From Veleropilina oligotropha (Eukaryota): DNA of 64,000 nt. Of the stretch, positions 25,445 through 38,061 are shown in pieces. Positions within the stretch are counted from its first letter, which is position 1; the number at the start of each line of letters is the position of its first letter. The translations under genes were made by a program, and so were the position numbers. The notes beneath the pieces are model-generated. The model was not told where the DNA came from, did not search any database, and saw nothing but the letters and a program-made list of their open reading frames with translations. Location: contig JBEUKZ010000111.1 in assembly GCA_048128005.1 (NCBI GenBank), positions 62,001 through 126,000 of the forward strand, in the 5' to 3' direction.

Positions 25445-26261
25445 AAACAGATCAAATCAATTAGAGAGTTGTCTTCCACAGTATTTTAACATGATGCGCG
25501 GTAACGTGCCACAATGCACTTCTTGTCAAAATCTCCTATTAATACATATGTCGGATGTCGACAAATTGCAAATATTTGATATTAAAAAATGTTAATGACA
25601 TATAATCTAATTTTACAGTAGAGGAAAATATGGCTTAGTAATGTTATAGGCCCACATATAAATTGTAACTCCCTGGCGTTACGGGAGATCGGACAGGAAG
25701 AAATGGGTTCAAAAATAATATAGCTTTTTTATATTTAAAATAAATATACATTATTTCAACTCTTTTTATACTGAAATAATCATTATTTTTAAGGAATACA
25801 TGGTCTTGGTAACGATATACACATACATTTTAACTCCCACTTGTTAGTGAGACCCAGTGTCATAAACTTCTGATATACAGCTAAATAGCGTCTATGGTAA
25901 CATGCTGTTTCAGGACCGGGCTGAATTGAAATGCTTCATTCTGATTGGTCAATTTGACAAGAAAAATAAATGATTTAAAATGCTTTTATTTTTTAGTGAC
26001 CACATATTTTAGGGAAAACATTGACTTTATGAGTTGACAACTACCTAATCTTAATTTACTTTCAGAGATATCCCCTTCACCCTTTACACTGCAGCAGCAC
26101 TTTGTCACATAACACAGCTCGGCCCACGGCCTATCATCAAGAAAATAGCTTGAACGGTTTGAGTTTTAGTAATTAGTTGAGCCGTGTAAACGGAGAAACT
26201 ATTGTATTGGGGCTGGCTGTGTGTCTGTCTGTCTGTCTGTGTGGTGGTGAACCCAGTATGT

Positions 26262-27510
26262 TTGTTTAGGCATCAACAAATCTACCCCCACTTCAGTTAA
26301 AGTAGGAGTTCCTCAAGGGTCTGTTTTAGGTCCTCTTTTATTTTTAATATTCATTAATGATTTACCCCTTAAAGCAGAAAATAGCAATATTGACTTGTTT
26401 GCAGATGACAGTACACTTCATTCTTCGGGATCATCACTTGCCACAATAGAAAGACATTTAAATGATGACCTTATAAATATTGAAAAATGGTGTAAAAATA
26501 ACACTATGCTTTTAAATGTAAGCAAAACAAAATGCATGTTGGTATCAACTGTTCAGAAGTTATCTCATATGAAAAGTAAAAAGTTGAATTTATATGCAAA
26601 TGATACAAATATTGAAGAGGTTTCAAGTCATAAACTTCTTGGTATTCACATTGATAAATTTCTAAATTGGGATATTCAGGTTAATAAAGTAAGCAAAATG
26701 TTAACTTCTAAAATATCACTTTTATCTAGAATCAAGAAGTATCTACCACTGAATATAAAAATTGTTTACTATAATGGGTATATTCAGCCAATATTTGATT
26801 AATGTTTAACGGTGTGGGGAAACTGTTCCAAGCAAAATTTGGTAAGACTTTTAAGGCTACAAAAAAGAGCTGCACGGCTCATTTTAGACAAGCCCTTTGA
26901 TGCTCCATCAGGGCCACTGTTTAAGGAACTTAAATGGCTACAAATAGACCAACTCATTGCTTATAAAAAGGAAATACTGGTATATAAATCTTTAAATGGA
27001 ATGACCCCATTATATTTACAGAACATATTTAATGAGGTCAAATCAGAGTATTCATTACGGTCAGTTGAAAATGGTAATCTTTTAATACCAAAATTCTCAA
27101 AGCAACTTTATTGGAAAAGCTTTCACCTTTCAGGAGTATCTATCTGGAACAGTTTGCCCACAGCTGTTTAATCAGCAAATAGTCTTGCTACTTTTAAAAG
27201 CAGTTGCTTTAATTTTATGTTAAATGCTGACTGATTTAGAAACAATGAAGGTACACAAAATGTTAAATTAAACAGCCTTGTTTTTATTTTACATGTACAT
27301 GTATATAATATATATATATATATTTATAATTGAACTAACCTCAATAGCTGCACTACCTATGATTCTTTGTACATTTGTATATATTTTTATTTTTACTTGT
27401 TTGTGCACAGTATAAACTGTTATTTAATATACATGTATTATTGTAGTAGTTATTTAGGGCCTCAGGGAAGAATAGTTTTGTACTAATTGAGTTACCTTCT
27501 ATAAATAAAG

Positions 27511-27542
<32 letters not shown>
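26262..27542 (+). pseudogene. 5'-truncated LINE (CR1/L2-like) RT 3' fragment with 3' UTR and (TTA)n tail
   Basis: GVPQGSVLGPLLFLIFINDLP, LFADD, LQKRAAR motifs; in-frame stop at ~26800; AATAAA followed by (TTA)n at ~27512-27542. Confidence 0.85.
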
Positions 27543-27544
27543 GA

Positions 27545-29262
27545 TTTGCCATACACCAAGGGATGAAAGAGTTCTTGAAACGGTTGGTCTTGATCATTGG
27601 AAGCTGAAATTGGTTTTGTTTCCGTAATGCGTATCTGGAAGGTTCTTTTTCACATAAAAGGTGGTTCAGTTTGTGTCCTGGCTTTTGCATATATTAAAAA
27701 TATGTCTCACATAACGAAAGACGACGTTCACTCATCGTTGGTAATTTACACGTTGCTAGCGCCTCCATGTAGCATTGGTCTGGGTAGATGCACCGCAATG
27801 CCCTCTTTTGTATTGATTCAATCATGTCAGACAGGTATGCTGGTAAGCATGGGTGCCATATTGGACAGGCATATTCCAAGACAGGTCTGACGATGGATAT
27901 AAATATCCGGAGTAGGTCGTTGGGATTGATGCCTGCGCGTTTTAACTGATACATCATATACAGTCTTTTCCGAGCTTTGGATACTATGTTGTTCACATGC
28001 ACGTTCCATGTCAGGTCGTCAGAGATCGTAACACCCAGGACCTTTGCGTGCTGAACTCTCTCTATTGTAGAGTTGTCCATGGTGAGGGGAGCTAGGTTGT
28101 TGATATTTCCGGACTTATTTGTGAACCATATCAGCATTTCTTTGTGTTTTTTGGTGTTGACCTTCATGTCATTTTCCGCTGACCAATGGAAGGCGGCATT
28201 AGCGGACTCTTGTAGTTTTGATGGGTTTAACGTGGTTCCGTAGTCAAAAATTGTGCTATCATCGACATATTTGTATATGCTGGACGGCGTGGCGAGGTCA
28301 TTTATGTGCACCAGGAATGCTTTAGGACCAAGAAGAGTCCCTTGTGGAACGCCACCGTTGGGTTCACCTATCGATGACGTCGCTTCTCCTATTTTGACTC
28401 GTTGCTGACGATTGTTAAGGAAGGCACCCATCCATCTGACGATGCATTTGGGTAGCCCGATATCCAGCAGCCTTTGAATGAGAATTTGGTGATTTATGAG
28501 GTCGAACGCCTTCGAGAATTTTAGGAATAAAATCCGAACATATGTGCCACTTTTATCTGTTGTTTCGTACCATTTGTGGAGCATCTCCATCAAAGCGTCG
28601 GTAGTGCACGTTCCGGGGATAGACCCGAAATGGTGTGGGCCAATTTTGGGTTGAATTATGCTTGTTGTCTACTCCAACACTATGGACTCGAAAACTTTTG
28701 CGACGATGGGCGTGAGCGATATTGGTCGGATATCACTTTGGATGGATCTGGGTGGATGCTTTTTTGGCAATGGGACATCGTTGGCCGTTTCCAAACACTT
28801 GGGATGAATCTCTCCCTCATGGAGCTATTGAAGATGGCTGTTAGTGGGCGCGGAAGAATATGCGAAGTCTCTCAGTATCCAGGCTGGAACGCCGTCCGGA
28901 CCTGTGGCCTTGTTGGTTTTGACTTTAGACAAAGCATTTGCTGTCATCGCCACAGTGATTAAAAACTCGTCAGGCATGGGTTCTGATTGGCAAAATATTG
29001 GGTGTGAAGACTCTAAACGGGGGAGGTCAGCACGAACAGACACGAAAAATTCGTTGATGGAGTCCGCTAGTTTCTGGAGATCACCCTCACATTCAGCGTT
29101 GGCCAATCCTTGAAGTTCGTTTCCACTTGTAGTCAGTCGCATTACAGATTTCATGTTCTTCCACCAATCTCTAGATGAGTTGTTATCCAATGAATTGATT
29201 TTCTTTTGGTAGAAGTCATGTTGTAGCTGTTTTGCAGCTTTGTTGACCTTGTTTCTGTACAT
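27545..29262 (-). pseudogene. LINE reverse transcriptase remnant (frameshifted)
   Basis: KATGPDGVP, FSKAFD, GVPQGTLLGP, YVDD, IQKRALR, RFKNSF motifs spread over several frames. Confidence 0.88.
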
Positions 29263-31844
29263 ATGAGCACAGTTGGTTTCTGCTCGTCAAGTAAGATAGC
29301 TTTCTACTTGACAATAACATATATTGCCCAGTTACAATAATAATTTCAATAAAAGTATATCATTTGATCATATATCGATCATACCATCGCGAAATTTGTA
29401 TCAATCTGCGCGAACCGGGCGATATAGGGAGTCAGGACAATTCGTGCCAGAGACAACTCGTGCGAAATAGCGCATTTACGGGCAATAGTCTCTTTACAGT
29501 CCAGAGACACACTATACATACAATTTCAATGTTGGCAGGGAACGTATTAGGGAAGCAATATCCATTATTATAGCAAAGTTACTTTGTACCTCAAATGACA
29601 CTCACAATTTTACAATCAATTTCTTCATATTTAAATGACAAAAATGGCAAAAATCGCATCAGAGAGGAAGCATAGTTGAGCCGCAGTGCCCACTCTCAAT
29701 AAACTTAATATTATCTTTCTAGGTTGACCGAGTCCAGAGATATGTCTGTTTATGTATTTTACACTTTTTTGACTTTGGTGACCTTGACCTTTGACCTAAA
29801 AAATGAATCAGTAGTTAGATATCCACTCATATATCATATATATGAAGTTTCGTAGCTATATGGTTTGAATTGACCATGTTATGCCATGTAAAGTCATCGT
29901 GGGCATACATCACCACACAGACAGACAGACAGACTCAATATAATAGTTTCTCCGTAAACGGCTTAACAAATAATTTTGATTTAATTGTTCTTGATTTGAT
30001 CGTATCTGATGTCAAATCTTTACGTAAACAGTCCTTCATTGTGTACAAGTACTTGCGCGCACATAAACGTATTGCCGGTCATCATGAGTGTTACTTCAGT
30101 TGCTGCCAAGTATCCTGTAGTTGCATACCTCACTCAGTGCATGCCATGCGAAATTTTCTGCAGCTTCACCTTTTGTCAGATTATAATTAATTACCGCCTA
30201 GACCTTGTGCTTATATAGCCTACGGCCACGTTTCCCGACTATGCCAACCAAGATCGCATAATTATGTGACTTCGATCCGCGCTCCGCCGGTTGGGGTCGT
30301 ACACGGCGACCACTCGCGGGCTAACCATGCTGAAGTATGCAACATTCTCTGACCGCGCCGAGTGGAAATGCATCGTGGCATGAAAATTCAGTAATAAACA
30401 ATATATGCCTAACTCAATGGCATTGGTTATGTTAATTTAAATTTAGCATTTAATGAATTTTCGCTTTTCTAAGTTGACTTGTCCATGTTTGTGACACGAC
30501 AAGTCGCGAGGCTATCGCATGCTAGAGAAGTGGTTATATAAAGAGTCACATCTTCCTTTTTACTTGAAGTACAGGTATAAAGTGCCTCTTCAAGTGTTGT
30601 CAGCTTCGGCCAAATATATGCAAATTCCAAAATCGAATACCAAATATATATAGCACAAAATCGTAGTATATTAATTTTAGGCATGCCTCTGTCGTGCTAA
30701 CGGTTAAAGCGTTGTCAAGATATCTTAAGGTCAGGTGTTCATGTTACCTTCAAAATATTTTTTTTTTATTTTTCTTAAAGGACTTGTGAACCAAAACACA
30801 TAATATATCGAAATTTCACTATGCGGCATATTCCTATCATATTATTTGTTGTGTTTGTCTTTCACGAGTGTCCGTGTTTTTTGTAAGCTTACCTGGCGAA
30901 ATCAATCAGCTCAAGTATAGTCATATTTTCAGGTCAGGGGTCGAATTTGACGTCACAATGGACTGTCCACTCGAAATCTTTTCAATTCGATGGCAACATC
31001 ATTGTCCGCAAATTGGTTACTCAACAGGAACAATAGCATTAGGACTCGTGGGTCTAGCGTGTCGTCATCTAATAAGTGTTCGGGAAATTTCGGGGTGACT
31101 TGCTAAAGATCTTTTGTATCCATGTTTTGATAATCTAAATCATGGCGCTACTAATAAGGGAATAAATAAATATACGATAGCATTATTATCAGCCAGAATA
31201 TATTATGTGTTCACAAATCATTTAAGACCTGGGTAAAAATAAAGTGTATCTGGTGAGATTGACGCATCCGATAAACTTTGTTTCTACACCAGGTCATTAC
31301 ATGTGGTCAAACGCCGATATCCTACACAATGATTTATATTGATAATAATATGTTTTAAATATTATTATTATATAAATATTGTTTACAATTTTTGGCGAGT
31401 TAAACTGTTTGGAATCATCCGATGCATAATTTGAGCATGCATAATAGCGGCAGGAAGTTAAGGAGAAAGGCCGAGTAATTCTCCATTTCTGAAAAAGAAT
31501 GTAGCAGAGGCCCCGAAGAGTTACGAGGCGTTTCTCTGACTTAAAACACAGACACAATATTGATAATTTCTTGCTAGCGTAATTCCTTATCTTAACTGTC
31601 CGTTATTAAGTGTATGTTTTTTATTTTCATTTAAATAATAAACTCGGGTTGTAGAGAACTTCGATTCACCTTTGATTCACCTCCTTCTGTGAATTGCATT
31701 CATTGCTTCCTTGTTGTATTGATAGTCTATTGTTCTATTAATCAAGTACATGCGTTTGTCAGTGTCCTAAATAATGTTCAATGTGCAATGTGACCCGATT
31801 TGAACGATTCCCATGTGTGATGAATAATGGGGTGCCTAAAGGAT

Positions 31845-32250
31845 ATTCTATCATAAGTTTTCAGGGGGTGTGTCCTATGTATCTGTCAATCACTTTTCTG
31901 TTATAAATTTTCAGGGTGTGTGTCTTTTGTTAATGTGATTTCTATTATACTTTATTCTTGTCAATATAATTTCTATCATAAATTTTCAGGGGTTGTGTCC
32001 TATACCTGTCAATCACTTTTCTGTTATAAATTTCCAGTGGGTGTCTTTTGTTAATGGAATTTCTATTATACTTTATTCTTGTATCAATAGAATTTCTATC
32101 ATAATTTTCCAGTGGGTGTGTCCTATATATTTTTGAAATTTCGATTATAATTTCTGTCATAATTTCTCAGAGGGTGTGTCCTGTATCTTTTTGCATTTCG
32201 ACTATAATATTGGTAGACTTTCTATCATAATTTTTCAGGAGGTGCGTCGT
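31845..32250. repeat. Degenerate ~40-bp tandem repeats at the Polinton left side
   Basis: Recurring TTTCTATCATAAATTTTCAGGGGGTGTGTCC units. Confidence 0.75.
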
Positions 32251-32274
32251 TTTTCTACAAATTAAAATGCTAGG

Positions 32275-32300
32275 TATAAAAGCCTAGGATTATGGTCAGT
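32275..32300 (+). promoter_or_regulatory. TATA box plus TCAGT initiator of the PC4-like gene
   Basis: TATAAAA at 32275, TCAGT at 32296, ATG at 32313. Confidence 0.5.
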
Positions 32301-32312
32301 GGTCAGAGGAAA

Positions 32313-32859
32313 ATGACATCTATATCAAGCATTCCATCAACAGAAGAATGTCGGCTGGATATTGGCAGCAATGTGATTGTCACTGCTTCACCCTGCAAGG
32401 CGAAACTCTTATACATGTTCGAAAGTATGAAATTAGTGACAGAGGGAAGATGTATCCTACCAAACGAGTAATTGCTCTTCATATGAAACAGTGGATGGAT
32501 TTGGTAGCAAACATCGAAAGTATTGATGAGACGATCGCAGCACTGAATCAAGGGAAAGATGACAGCATTTTCAAGCATATTGGAGCAAACGTGTATATCA
32601 GTGTGGACAAAAAGTATAAAGGCGTGGATATCCGTCAGTGGTGGTGGTGTGAAGAATTCAACTATGTGAAACCATCAAAAAAGGTATTTTTCTCTCGATT
32701 ACTCAATGGGAGAAGCTGAAAGAAGAAATGAAAGTTTTGCCAGATATTGTTCCCGAACTCAAAACAGTGACTTATTGTGCCATAGAGCATCAAAATCAGA
32801 TTGGATATATTCAATGTCCATTTTGCAATCCTAATGAGTATGCTATGTGGAAATACTGA
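32313..32859 (+). pseudogene. Tandem PC4/Sub1-like ssDNA-binding protein (two frameshifts)
   Basis: LIHVRKYE...PTKRVIAL..KQW and VDIRQWW...PSKKGIFLSITQWEKL are two PC4-like repeats; C-terminal HQN...CPFC; reconstructed across frames. Confidence 0.7.
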
Positions 32860-33094
32860 ATGCACTCTGGATTATATAATTGTATATTCTTAGTGAAGCG
32901 ACATGATATAAGTGTTTACAGGAGACATTATTATGATTCTTGTATATATATGATGAAGTTATTATTGTGCTTGCTCTCTCTAAAATTAAACAAAAAACGA
33001 AGACTATTTCAATTTGCATGGATTATGATCTTGTGCTATCGCTGCTTGTAGAGTTATATAAAACTATAAACATGAAAATAAATCGTCATTCATC

Positions 33095-33367
33095 ATGACA
33101 ACGTCAGAAGAGACTGTTGTGGAGACGTTTTTAACTGAAGTGAAACAGACTGATGTCAAAGGAGGCACAAACTTTAAACTAAAATGGACTGTTAGATTTG
33201 TGTTGTTGTTTTTAACTTGTATTACTCTTGGATTCACATCCAATATGCATGAGTGGAAGATGTGTACATATCAGAAATATCCGCATTCAGAACCATTGCG
33301 TGTGCCTTTGTTAAATATATCAAATCACTATGAAAACCATGAAAACATATCATTAAAATTTGGATGA
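33095..33367 (+). CDS. Small Polinton protein with one predicted transmembrane segment
   Basis: 90-aa ORF with hydrophobic WTVRFVLLFLTCITLGF; TATA-like motifs just upstream. Confidence 0.45.
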   Translation: MTTSEETVVETFLTEVKQTDVKGGTNFKLKWTVRFVLLFLTCITLGFTSNMHEWKMCTYQKYPHSEPLRVPLLNISNHYENHENISLKFG

Positions 33368-33580
33368 CGATGAATGTATTGAAAATAAATGATCCAAGCT
33401 TATGTGTTTTTGTCATTTTGATGTAAAAATTATTATTGATTGCATAGTAGGATATGAAGATTCTGCAACTTATATATAAGTATATTATACAATTTTTTGA
33501 GTTATTGTTCCTCGTCACTTCAAAAGAGGTAGATGTAGATTCAGTTCTTAATTGGTGCCACATTTTTAGTATTTCTTGCA

Positions 33581-34662
33581 ATGTCATGGAGAGAGTATTT
33601 GAAAAAGGTTTGGTATGATCCAAAACATGGTTTTGTGGGTCCGGACAAACTGCACAGGATGGTACACAAACAGAACAAATTCAAAATTAGTAAAAAGCAA
33701 GTAACTCAATGGCTGCAAGATCAAGATGCTTATAGTTTGCAAAAGGGGGTAATAAGGAAATTCAAACGAAATCGTGTTATTGTAGAAGGATTAGATTCGA
33801 TGTTTGATGGTGATTTGGCTGATGTTCAAAATTTAAGGAAGTACAATGATGGTATTTCTTTCTTATTGATTGTCATTGATGTGTTTTCCCGCTATTTGTG
33901 GGTTGTCCCATTGGAAAACAAATTTGGGAAAACAATCGTCATTGCACTTAAAAATATATTTAAACAAGGGAGAAAGCCCAATATGATTCGATTCGATAAG
34001 GGGAGTGAATTCAATAACAGATGGGTAAAACCTTATCTGTCATCCGAAAATATTGCAGTTCATTTTACAGAAAGCTATACAAAAGCAAATTATGCTGAAA
34101 GGGTGATAAGAACATTGAAAAATATGATGTTCAGATATTTTACAGCCAATAAAACGTATCGATACATGGATGTGCTACAGGATTTGGTGTCTAATTACAA
34201 TAACAGGCCACATAGGTCATTAGGGCAATGGACTCCTGCTAGCATCAATACAGAAAATGAAAATGAGGCTCGGTTTGTCATGTATTTAGCACGCACCAAA
34301 TCAATTACAACTGACAAGAAATACAAATTTAAGGTGGACGATAAGGTTAGAATATCCCACATTAAACATCCATTTTTACGTGATTACCAACAAAAATGGA
34401 CAGAAGAATTATTTATCATTGTTAAACGATATAAAAGAGAGAGCATACCTGTTTATCAGTTAACGGATTATACAAATGAAGCAATATCAGGTACTTTCTA
34501 CGAAAAAGAATTGCAAATGGTTAATAAAGATGCCGATACAGTGTGGAACATAGAAAAGTATTGAAGAGGCGAAAACGCAATGGACAAAATGAAGTATTAG
34601 TCAAATGGATGGGTTGGCCATCGAAATTTAATTCTTGGGTGCAACAGCATGAGATCATATAA
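33581..34662 (+). pseudogene. Polinton retroviral-like (DDE) integrase with C-terminal chromodomain, frameshifted near 34555
   Basis: DLAD, IDVFSRY, FDKGSEF, AERVIRTLK, YNNRPHRS, GTFYEKEL; alternate frame VLKRRK..VLVKWMGWPSKFNSWV (chromo) ends at 34662. Confidence 0.92.
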
Positions 34663-35093
34663 AGGTGTGTACAATATAATAGCAATATCACAACACAATG
34701 AGTATTCGGATACAGGCAGCCCTGATTATTTTGAAAATAAGCACTATGACTTTAGAGTAAAACTGAACAATTCTTTGCAATTCGATGGTCATTGGACTGT
34801 AGCATTAACCGAATTTTCCATCAAAGAGCAAAAATACTCGTGATTTATATGTGTGCTTCGATGCATGTAGTGATAGCGTGGTTGGTGACAAGAAAATACC
34901 ATTATTGAGAAAAGTATATTTAAGAAATAAAGCACCCTGCAATGTTATTTACCATCTACCATATTACAATCAACTGAATCAAAGCGAACTTCAACATGTC
35001 CACATATATATAAAGGATAAAAATGGTGAATTTGCTTCATTCATCACTGGTATTGTAACAGTAACACTACATTTTAAAAAGTTTCCTTTCTAA
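34649..35093 (+). pseudogene. Minor capsid protein (penton), compact, frameshifted near 34830
   Basis: N-terminal S.DYF.N...DFRVKL...WTVALTE and C-terminal SVVGD..PLLR...IKDKNGE..F..G.VTVTLHFK motifs. Confidence 0.75.
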
Positions 35094-35095
35094 TC

Positions 35096-35467
35096 ATGCC
35101 TGGTTCAATTTATGTCAGCGACCCTAAAATGTGGGACCAAGCTTTCAAAGGCATCAGATCAGGTACATTTAAGACAGAAAAACCTTCAATACTGTATGGT
35201 GGGGGTATGGCTGGTCAGTATAGAACACCATGCATGATACGAATTCCAGTTATATCACCAATGGCTGCTGAGACGGAAAGGGCAAAGGTCCAGTTAGAAA
35301 AACAGAAGGAGGATAGTTTGCCTCATATAAAAGTAACCACAAAAAGAAAAAGTGACATTCATCTGAAAAATCCCAAGAAGGACACAGCAGCCAAGAAAAA
35401 ACGAAAGAAAAAACCTTTAAGGGTTCGCTTCAAACACACTGTGTTTAAAAATGGCATTTCTCAGTGA
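35096..35467 (+). CDS. Basic core-like Polinton protein
   Basis: Lys/Arg-rich C-terminus; LYGG-G matches the adenain cleavage consensus (M/L/I)xGG-x; overlaps the MCP start. Confidence 0.55.
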   Translation: MPGSIYVSDPKMWDQAFKGIRSGTFKTEKPSILYGGGMAGQYRTPCMIRIPVISPMAAETERAKVQLEKQKEDSLPHIKVTTKRKSDIHLKNPKKDTAAKKKRKKKPLRVRFKHTVFKNGISQ

Positions 35468-36767
35468 TGATAATGGACACATTTCTGTGCCTGACGAATT
35501 AAATGTGTTTAAAGAATACACCAATCAAGTGGCCATAGAGAAAATTTATTTTTCGGAATCACGCCCAATTTCTAACATCCAGAGTGATGATGCACCAGTA
35601 GAGTTTAACATATCAGGTCAAGGCCCAGAATATATAGATTTAAAGCGAAGTCGTTTATATGTAAAGGCAAGGATTGTTACAGATGGTAATCCACTTAATG
35701 CAAATGAAAAAGTAACAGTTATAAATTTACCATTGCATTCAATGAGGTCACAGATTGATGTTTACATGAACAATAAATTAGTAAGTTTGAATACCAGTAA
35801 TTATCCATGGAAAGCCTACATTATAACCATACTATCTTCAGGACATGATCAGCAAAATTATCAGTTGCAAGCTCAATTGTTCTATAAGGACGCATCACCA
35901 ATGGATGGAACTGATCATAGTACTACACTAAATATAGGACTAAGACTGGGTGATTATTACACAAATGAAAGCCAGCCTTTTGAATTAGAGGGAAATTTAT
36001 TGGAAGACGTTTTTTCCATTAGTCGTTACTTACTGAATGGTGTAAATATACATTTAAAACTATTCAGATCACGTGTTCCATTTTTATTGATGTCAGGAGA
36101 AGATTCACCAGCTTATAAATTCGAAATATTAGACTCAATTTTTAAAGGAGCTAAGGTACGGTTGGATCCAGGAATAGTGTTGAATCACATGAAACAATTC
36201 GATGAGAATAATGCTAAATATTACATGGATAGAACTGAGGTGAAAATGAATACTATAGGAACAGGTTCAAATGATTTCTTTTGGAACAATATGTTTCCAA
36301 ATGCAAGACCTTCTAAATTGATCATCTGTTTGATCAATCAAGCAGCAGTCAATGGTATGTATGACAAAAATCCCTATAATTTCAAACATTATAATGTTGA
36401 GGAAGTAGGTCTCTTCGTGAATGGAGAAAGTGTTCCAGGACCGCCTCTGAAAGTTGACTTCAGCACACCTGGCGGATATGCCACAGCTTATGCAAATATA
36501 TTTGACACATGCGAAAAATGGAATAAAGATGCTGGCCTTGGCATTAAACGATTGGAATATAGTGATGGGTATTCATTTTTCGTTTTCACTTTGGATCCAT
36601 GTGATCTGGGAGACAAGTATATCAACTTGATTAGATACCGAAATACTAGATTGTCCTTAAGATTCCGTACTGCGACAACAGAAGCTATCAGCTGTCTAGC
36701 ATTGGCAACATTTCCTGCACTCCTCGAAATAGATAAAGTCCGTAATGTGACATATATTCAACCATGA
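35451..36767 (+). CDS. Major capsid protein (double jelly-roll, hexon-like), 438 aa intact
   Basis: MAFL..ELNVF, PVEFNISG..EYIDL, YPWKAY, YLLNGV, NPYNFKHYN motifs of Polinton MCP; size and position. Confidence 0.82.
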   Translation: MAFLSDDNGHISVPDELNVFKEYTNQVAIEKIYFSESRPISNIQSDDAPVEFNISGQGPEYIDLKRSRLYVKARIVTDGNPLNANEKVTVINLPLHSMRSQIDVYMNNKLVSLNTSNYPWKAYIITILSSGHDQQNYQLQAQLFYKDASPMDGTDHSTTLNIGLRLGDYYTNESQPFELEGNLLEDVFSISRYLLNGVNIHLKLFRSRVPFLLMSGEDSPAYKFEILDSIFKGAKVRLDPGIVLNHMKQFDENNAKYYMDRTEVKMNTIGTGSNDFFWNNMFPNARPSKLIICLINQAAVNGMYDKNPYNFKHYNVEEVGLFVNGESVPGPPLKVDFSTPGGYATAYANIFDTCEKWNKDAGLGIKRLEYSDGYSFFVFTLDPCDLGDKYINLIRYRNTRLSLRFRTATTEAISCLALATFPALLEIDKVRNVTYIQP

Positions 36768-37219
36768 ACAACCATCAATTAGAGCATATTGTAATAAACG
36801 ACCCATGTTTGAATGATGTGACTTGTGGTGTATTTGCTAGTAATACCTTGCCTAAATATGTCACCAAATTTCCAAGTGCCTACATTGTCAACACGGATCC
36901 CTTACCTGGACCTGGAAAACATTGGATTGCAATCATCTTTTTTAATGATAGACATGTCGAATTCTTGGATAGTTTAGGAAAATCACCAGAACATTATGGT
37001 CTAAAATCATTTATTTTAAGAAATTCGAATCATTGCTTGTGGCTTAAAAATAGAATTCAAGCCTTTGATTCTAGTTTGTGTGGTTTATATGTGCTGTATT
37101 TTATCACAATGAGATTATGTTTTGATCTATCTTTAAATAACATGTGTAGTGATTTTAGTCAAAATTTTGTGGAAAATGATGAACTTGTAGCCACGTTTAT
37201 TCAATCTTTGTATTTGTAA
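36764..37219 (+). CDS. Adenain-like cysteine protease
   Basis: VNTD...GKHW, FLDSLG, IQ..DSSLCG (His-Asp-Cys plus Gln). Confidence 0.92.
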   Translation: MNNHQLEHIVINDPCLNDVTCGVFASNTLPKYVTKFPSAYIVNTDPLPGPGKHWIAIIFFNDRHVEFLDSLGKSPEHYGLKSFILRNSNHCLWLKNRIQAFDSSLCGLYVLYFITMRLCFDLSLNNMCSDFSQNFVENDELVATFIQSLYL

Positions 37220-37225
37220 TAAAAC

Positions 37226-37950
37226 TTGGTAGTTTGGCTTTTTGTGTTTTTTATCATAAAAAAGAATGTACATCAGTTTGCATTCATTTGCATAGGAAAC
37301 ATACCATCTGAAGCTTTACTAAAATTTGTGTCACCAGCCACAATCATGATAAGTGGTTGCACACAATCAGGTAAAACGTTCTTTACAAAGCGACTGCTGG
37401 AACATGATATGTTTAAAAAACCTCCCAGTAAAATTGTGTATGCCTACTCCGAATTTCAGCCTGTCTTTGACACCATGGATGGGATCATATTTCACCAAGG
37501 TTTACCCACGAAAGAAGAAATAGAAGGATACTCTGATGGCCACACAGTGCTTATGCTAGACGATTTGATGTTAAAGATGGTCCAATCAGAAGAGTACTTA
37601 CATTTGTTCACCATTACTTCACACCATCGTAATGTCACATGTATATTTTTGACTCAAAATCTGTATCCACCTGGCAAATATGCTCGCAGCATTTCTCTGA
37701 ATTGCACATACATCATTGTGTTCCGCAATTACAGGGACAATAGGCAAATTATCACACTTGGTTCTCAAATTTTGCCAGGTCAATCCGCTTATTTCAAAGA
37801 TGCATACAATAAAGCTACATCTTCCAAATATGGTTATCTCCTGATCGATTTATCACCACATTCAGATAAACAGTATCAGTTGCGATCAAAAATATTTCCA
37901 GGTGAAGATTGTGTTGTTTACCATGTGATTGAGACAGTAGATGTCATTAT
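37226..37950 (+). CDS. A32/FtsK-like DNA packaging ATPase (true start uncertain; reads through into the next gene)
   Basis: Walker A GCTQSGKT, Walker B VLMLDD, SHHRN, TQN, YGYLLID motifs. Confidence 0.9.
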
Positions 37951-37957
37951 TTACGCC

Positions 37958-38061
37958 ATGACAGACACAATAGGAGGACATTCCGCATTCCTGAAGATTT
38001 TATATGATTGTAATCCACGTCAACGTAAAGCATTGATTGAATACATAACCACAGAACAATT
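37958..38061 (+). pseudogene. 5' part of a small basic/amphipathic Polinton gene split by the Sola-like insertion
   Basis: MTDTIGGHSAFLKILY..RQRKALIEYITTEQL joins in frame to 49959-50169 once the insertion and one AATT are removed. Confidence 0.75.

Noticed and set aside
31600..31850. Polinton left TIR
   Set aside because: No AG-repeat terminus and no inverted match near 58 kb was seen
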